This document shows, one piece after another, positions 22,788-24,000 of a DNA stretch of 24,000 nt (within the stretch, counting starts at the first letter, position 1; each line of letters starts with the position of its first letter). The DNA is taken from positions 111,465 through 135,464 of the forward strand of contig JAACVZ010000001.1 in assembly GCA_009992235.1 (NCBI GenBank), written 5' to 3'. The DNA comes from Candidatus Saccharimonadota bacterium. GTDB lineage: Bacteria > Patescibacteriota > Saccharimonadia > Saccharimonadales > Saccharimonadaceae. The translations under genes were made by a program, and so were the position numbers. Under the pieces are notes generated by a model. It had not been told where the DNA came from and did no database searches. It saw only the letters and a program-made list of their open reading frames with translations.

Positions 22788-23182
22788 TGGCACGTCGCCT
22801 GTCTCGTCGCGTTGTCACATCTTTTGTAGCCGAGCGGTTGCAGGAGGGTGATAAAAGCGTAGTGAAGCAACTTGCGGCGTATCTCGTGACGACTCGTCAG
22901 ATTCGTATGCTTGCACTATATGTGCGCGACATCGAGTCTTCTCTGGCGAAAAAGGGTGACGTTATTGCAGATGTCACCACGGCTTTTTCTCTGTCTGCGG
23001 AGACAAAGAAGCATATTAACGCATTTGTTGCTGCCGAAACTGGTGCACTGTCGGTATCGCTTCGTGAGCATGTGAAGTCTGAGGTTCTTGGTGGGCTGCG
23101 ACTACATATTCCAGGAAAAGAACTCGACACGACCGTTCAACGCCAATTGACAACATTACGAACCCAACTGAAGAAAGCCTAA
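22787..23182 (+). CDS. atpH: F0F1 ATP synthase subunit delta (short, 131 aa)
   Basis: The GTG start overlaps the atpF TAG by 1 nt, with GGAG upstream. The C-terminal OSCP-like motif is VLGGLRLHIPGKELDTTVQRQL. Its position between atpF and atpA also fits. Confidence 0.75.
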   Translation: MARRLSRRVVTSFVAERLQEGDKSVVKQLAAYLVTTRQIRMLALYVRDIESSLAKKGDVIADVTTAFSLSAETKKHINAFVAAETGALSVSLREHVKSEVLGGLRLHIPGKELDTTVQRQLTTLRTQLKKA

Positions 23183-23193
23183 GGAGAAAATTT

Positions 23194-24000
23194 ATGAGCA
23201 ACCTATCAATTACGGAATTATCAAAAGACCTGCGCCAGGCCATTGAAGGTCTTGAAACTCAGGGGGACTTCGATGAAACGGGTATTGTGCTTCGGGTTGG
23301 CGACGGCGTGGTATGGGTTCACGGGCTTCGCAGCGCAGGCTACAGCGAAGTGCTTCATATTGAGACACCGTCTGGTGTGGTTGAGGCCTTTGCGCTGAAC
23401 TTGCTCGAGGACGAAATTGGTGCCGTGTTACTTGGTGATGACGCTGAAGTGAAGGCCGGACAAACCGTTAGACGAAAAGGCTCGGTATTAACCGTTCCAG
23501 TTGGCGACGCGCTTCTCGGGCGCGTAGTTGACCCGCTTGGGCGACCAATGGACGGCGGACCGGCAATTAAATCCAAAGCTGAAGGTCTTGTCGAGCGAGA
23601 TGCTCCAGGGGTAATGGACCGAAAGTCAGTCCATGAGCCACTCATGACAGGTATTGCGGCTATTGACTCGATGTTCCCTATCGGCCGCGGGCAACGTGAA
23701 CTTATTATTGGCGACCGTCAGGTTGGTAAAACGGCGCTTACTATTGATACGATGATCAATCAAGCTCGCCAGAATACTGGTGTCGTGAACGTGTACGTCG
23801 CCATTGGACAGAAGCTATCGAAGATTGCTCGTTTGGTCGATCGCTTGAAGCAAGAGGGTGTTATGGATCAAACAATTATTGTCGCTACTAGCTCGTCTGA
23901 CCCGGCTTCCCTACTCTACCTTGCGCCGTATGCCGGAACGGCCATGGGCGAATACTTCCGTGACAACGGCGGTCATGCGTTGATGATTTATGACGACCTC
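23194..24000 (+). CDS. atpA: F0F1 ATP synthase subunit alpha, 3'-truncated by the window edge
   Basis: This gene is not in the ORF track because no stop is reached. AAGGAG (23181-23186) lies upstream of ATG 23194. My own translation gives MSNLSITELS...VPVGDALLGRVVDPLGRPMDG...Walker A GDRQVGKTA...YVAIGQK...LMIYDDL. The frame stays open to nt 24000. Confidence 0.93.
   Translation, partial: MSNLSITELSKDLRQAIEGLETQGDFDETGIVLRVGDGVVWVHGLRSAGYSEVLHIETPSGVVEAFALNLLEDEIGAVLLGDDAEVKAGQTVRRKGSVLTVPVGDALLGRVVDPLGRPMDGGPAIKSKAEGLVERDAPGVMDRKSVHEPLMTGIAAIDSMFPIGRGQRELIIGDRQVGKTALTIDTMINQARQNTGVVNVYVAIGQKLSKIARLVDRLKQEGVMDQTIIVATSSSDPASLLYLAPYAGTAMGEYFRDNGGHALMIYDDL

Noticed and set aside
22399-23645. Alternative-frame and antisense ORFs across atpF, atpH and atpA (22399-22818, 22438-22758, 22463-22870, 22575-22793, 22897-23130, 23016-23243, 23355-23645).
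   Set aside because: They are embedded in clearly identified ATP synthase genes. The Ala/Glu/Arg-rich atpF sequence naturally leaves other frames open, and none of these ORFs has motifs or start signals.
1-24000. CRISPR arrays, transposons or insertion sequences, prophage remnants, toxin-antitoxin pairs, retron or DGR components, and restriction-modification or other defence genes.
   Set aside because: I saw none of the following: regularly spaced direct repeats, a transposase, integrase or reverse-transcriptase-like ORF, terminal inverted repeats, or small paired ORFs of toxin-antitoxin type. Apart from the first operon and the two orphan genes, the window looks like core chromosome.

Overview
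This is a compact, gene-dense bacterial chromosome segment that uses the standard genetic code and has very little non-coding DNA. There is no rRNA, CRISPR array, transposase, integrase or recognisable defence gene. The gene content and style look like a small-genome, Gram-positive-type or CPR (Saccharibacteria-like) organism: a sortase, a PEGA protein, giant Fn3 surface proteins, a short ATP-synthase delta subunit and many overlapping genes. That taxonomic guess is inference only.

Order of features:
- (1) A 5'-truncated giant RCC1-repeat/Ig-like/Fn3 surface protein, translationally coupled to a MacB/FtsX-type ABC ATPase and permease.
- (2) tRNA-Glu(CUC).
- (3) An orphan small gene with a near-perfect promoter and an intrinsic terminator.
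- (4) A minus-strand operon of a DUF3048-like protein, a PAS histidine kinase and a receiver-only response regulator.
- (5) gltX.
- (6) Three single-pass envelope proteins: one with a DUF4367-like ectodomain, a PEGA protein, and a sortase with a long low-complexity N-terminus.
- (7) tRNA-Leu(CAA).
- (8) A second orphan gene with a perfect consensus promoter.
- (9) A minus-strand run of GT4, smpB, xth, a HAD hydrolase and a YjeF_C-like gene.
- (10) A divergent GT4, a convergent alpha/beta hydrolase and a glutaredoxin-like gene.
- (11) The start of the F-ATPase operon (atpB-E-F-H and partial atpA).

Most notable for follow-up:
- The giant adhesin-like protein coupled to an adaptor-less type-VII-like ABC pair.
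- The two strongly promoted monocistronic orphan genes next to tRNAs.
- A recurring extended -10 element 8-11 nt upstream of the ATG, which suggests leaderless transcripts, including two back-to-back or palindromic divergent promoter arrangements.

All functional calls rest on motifs recognised by eye. No database search was possible.
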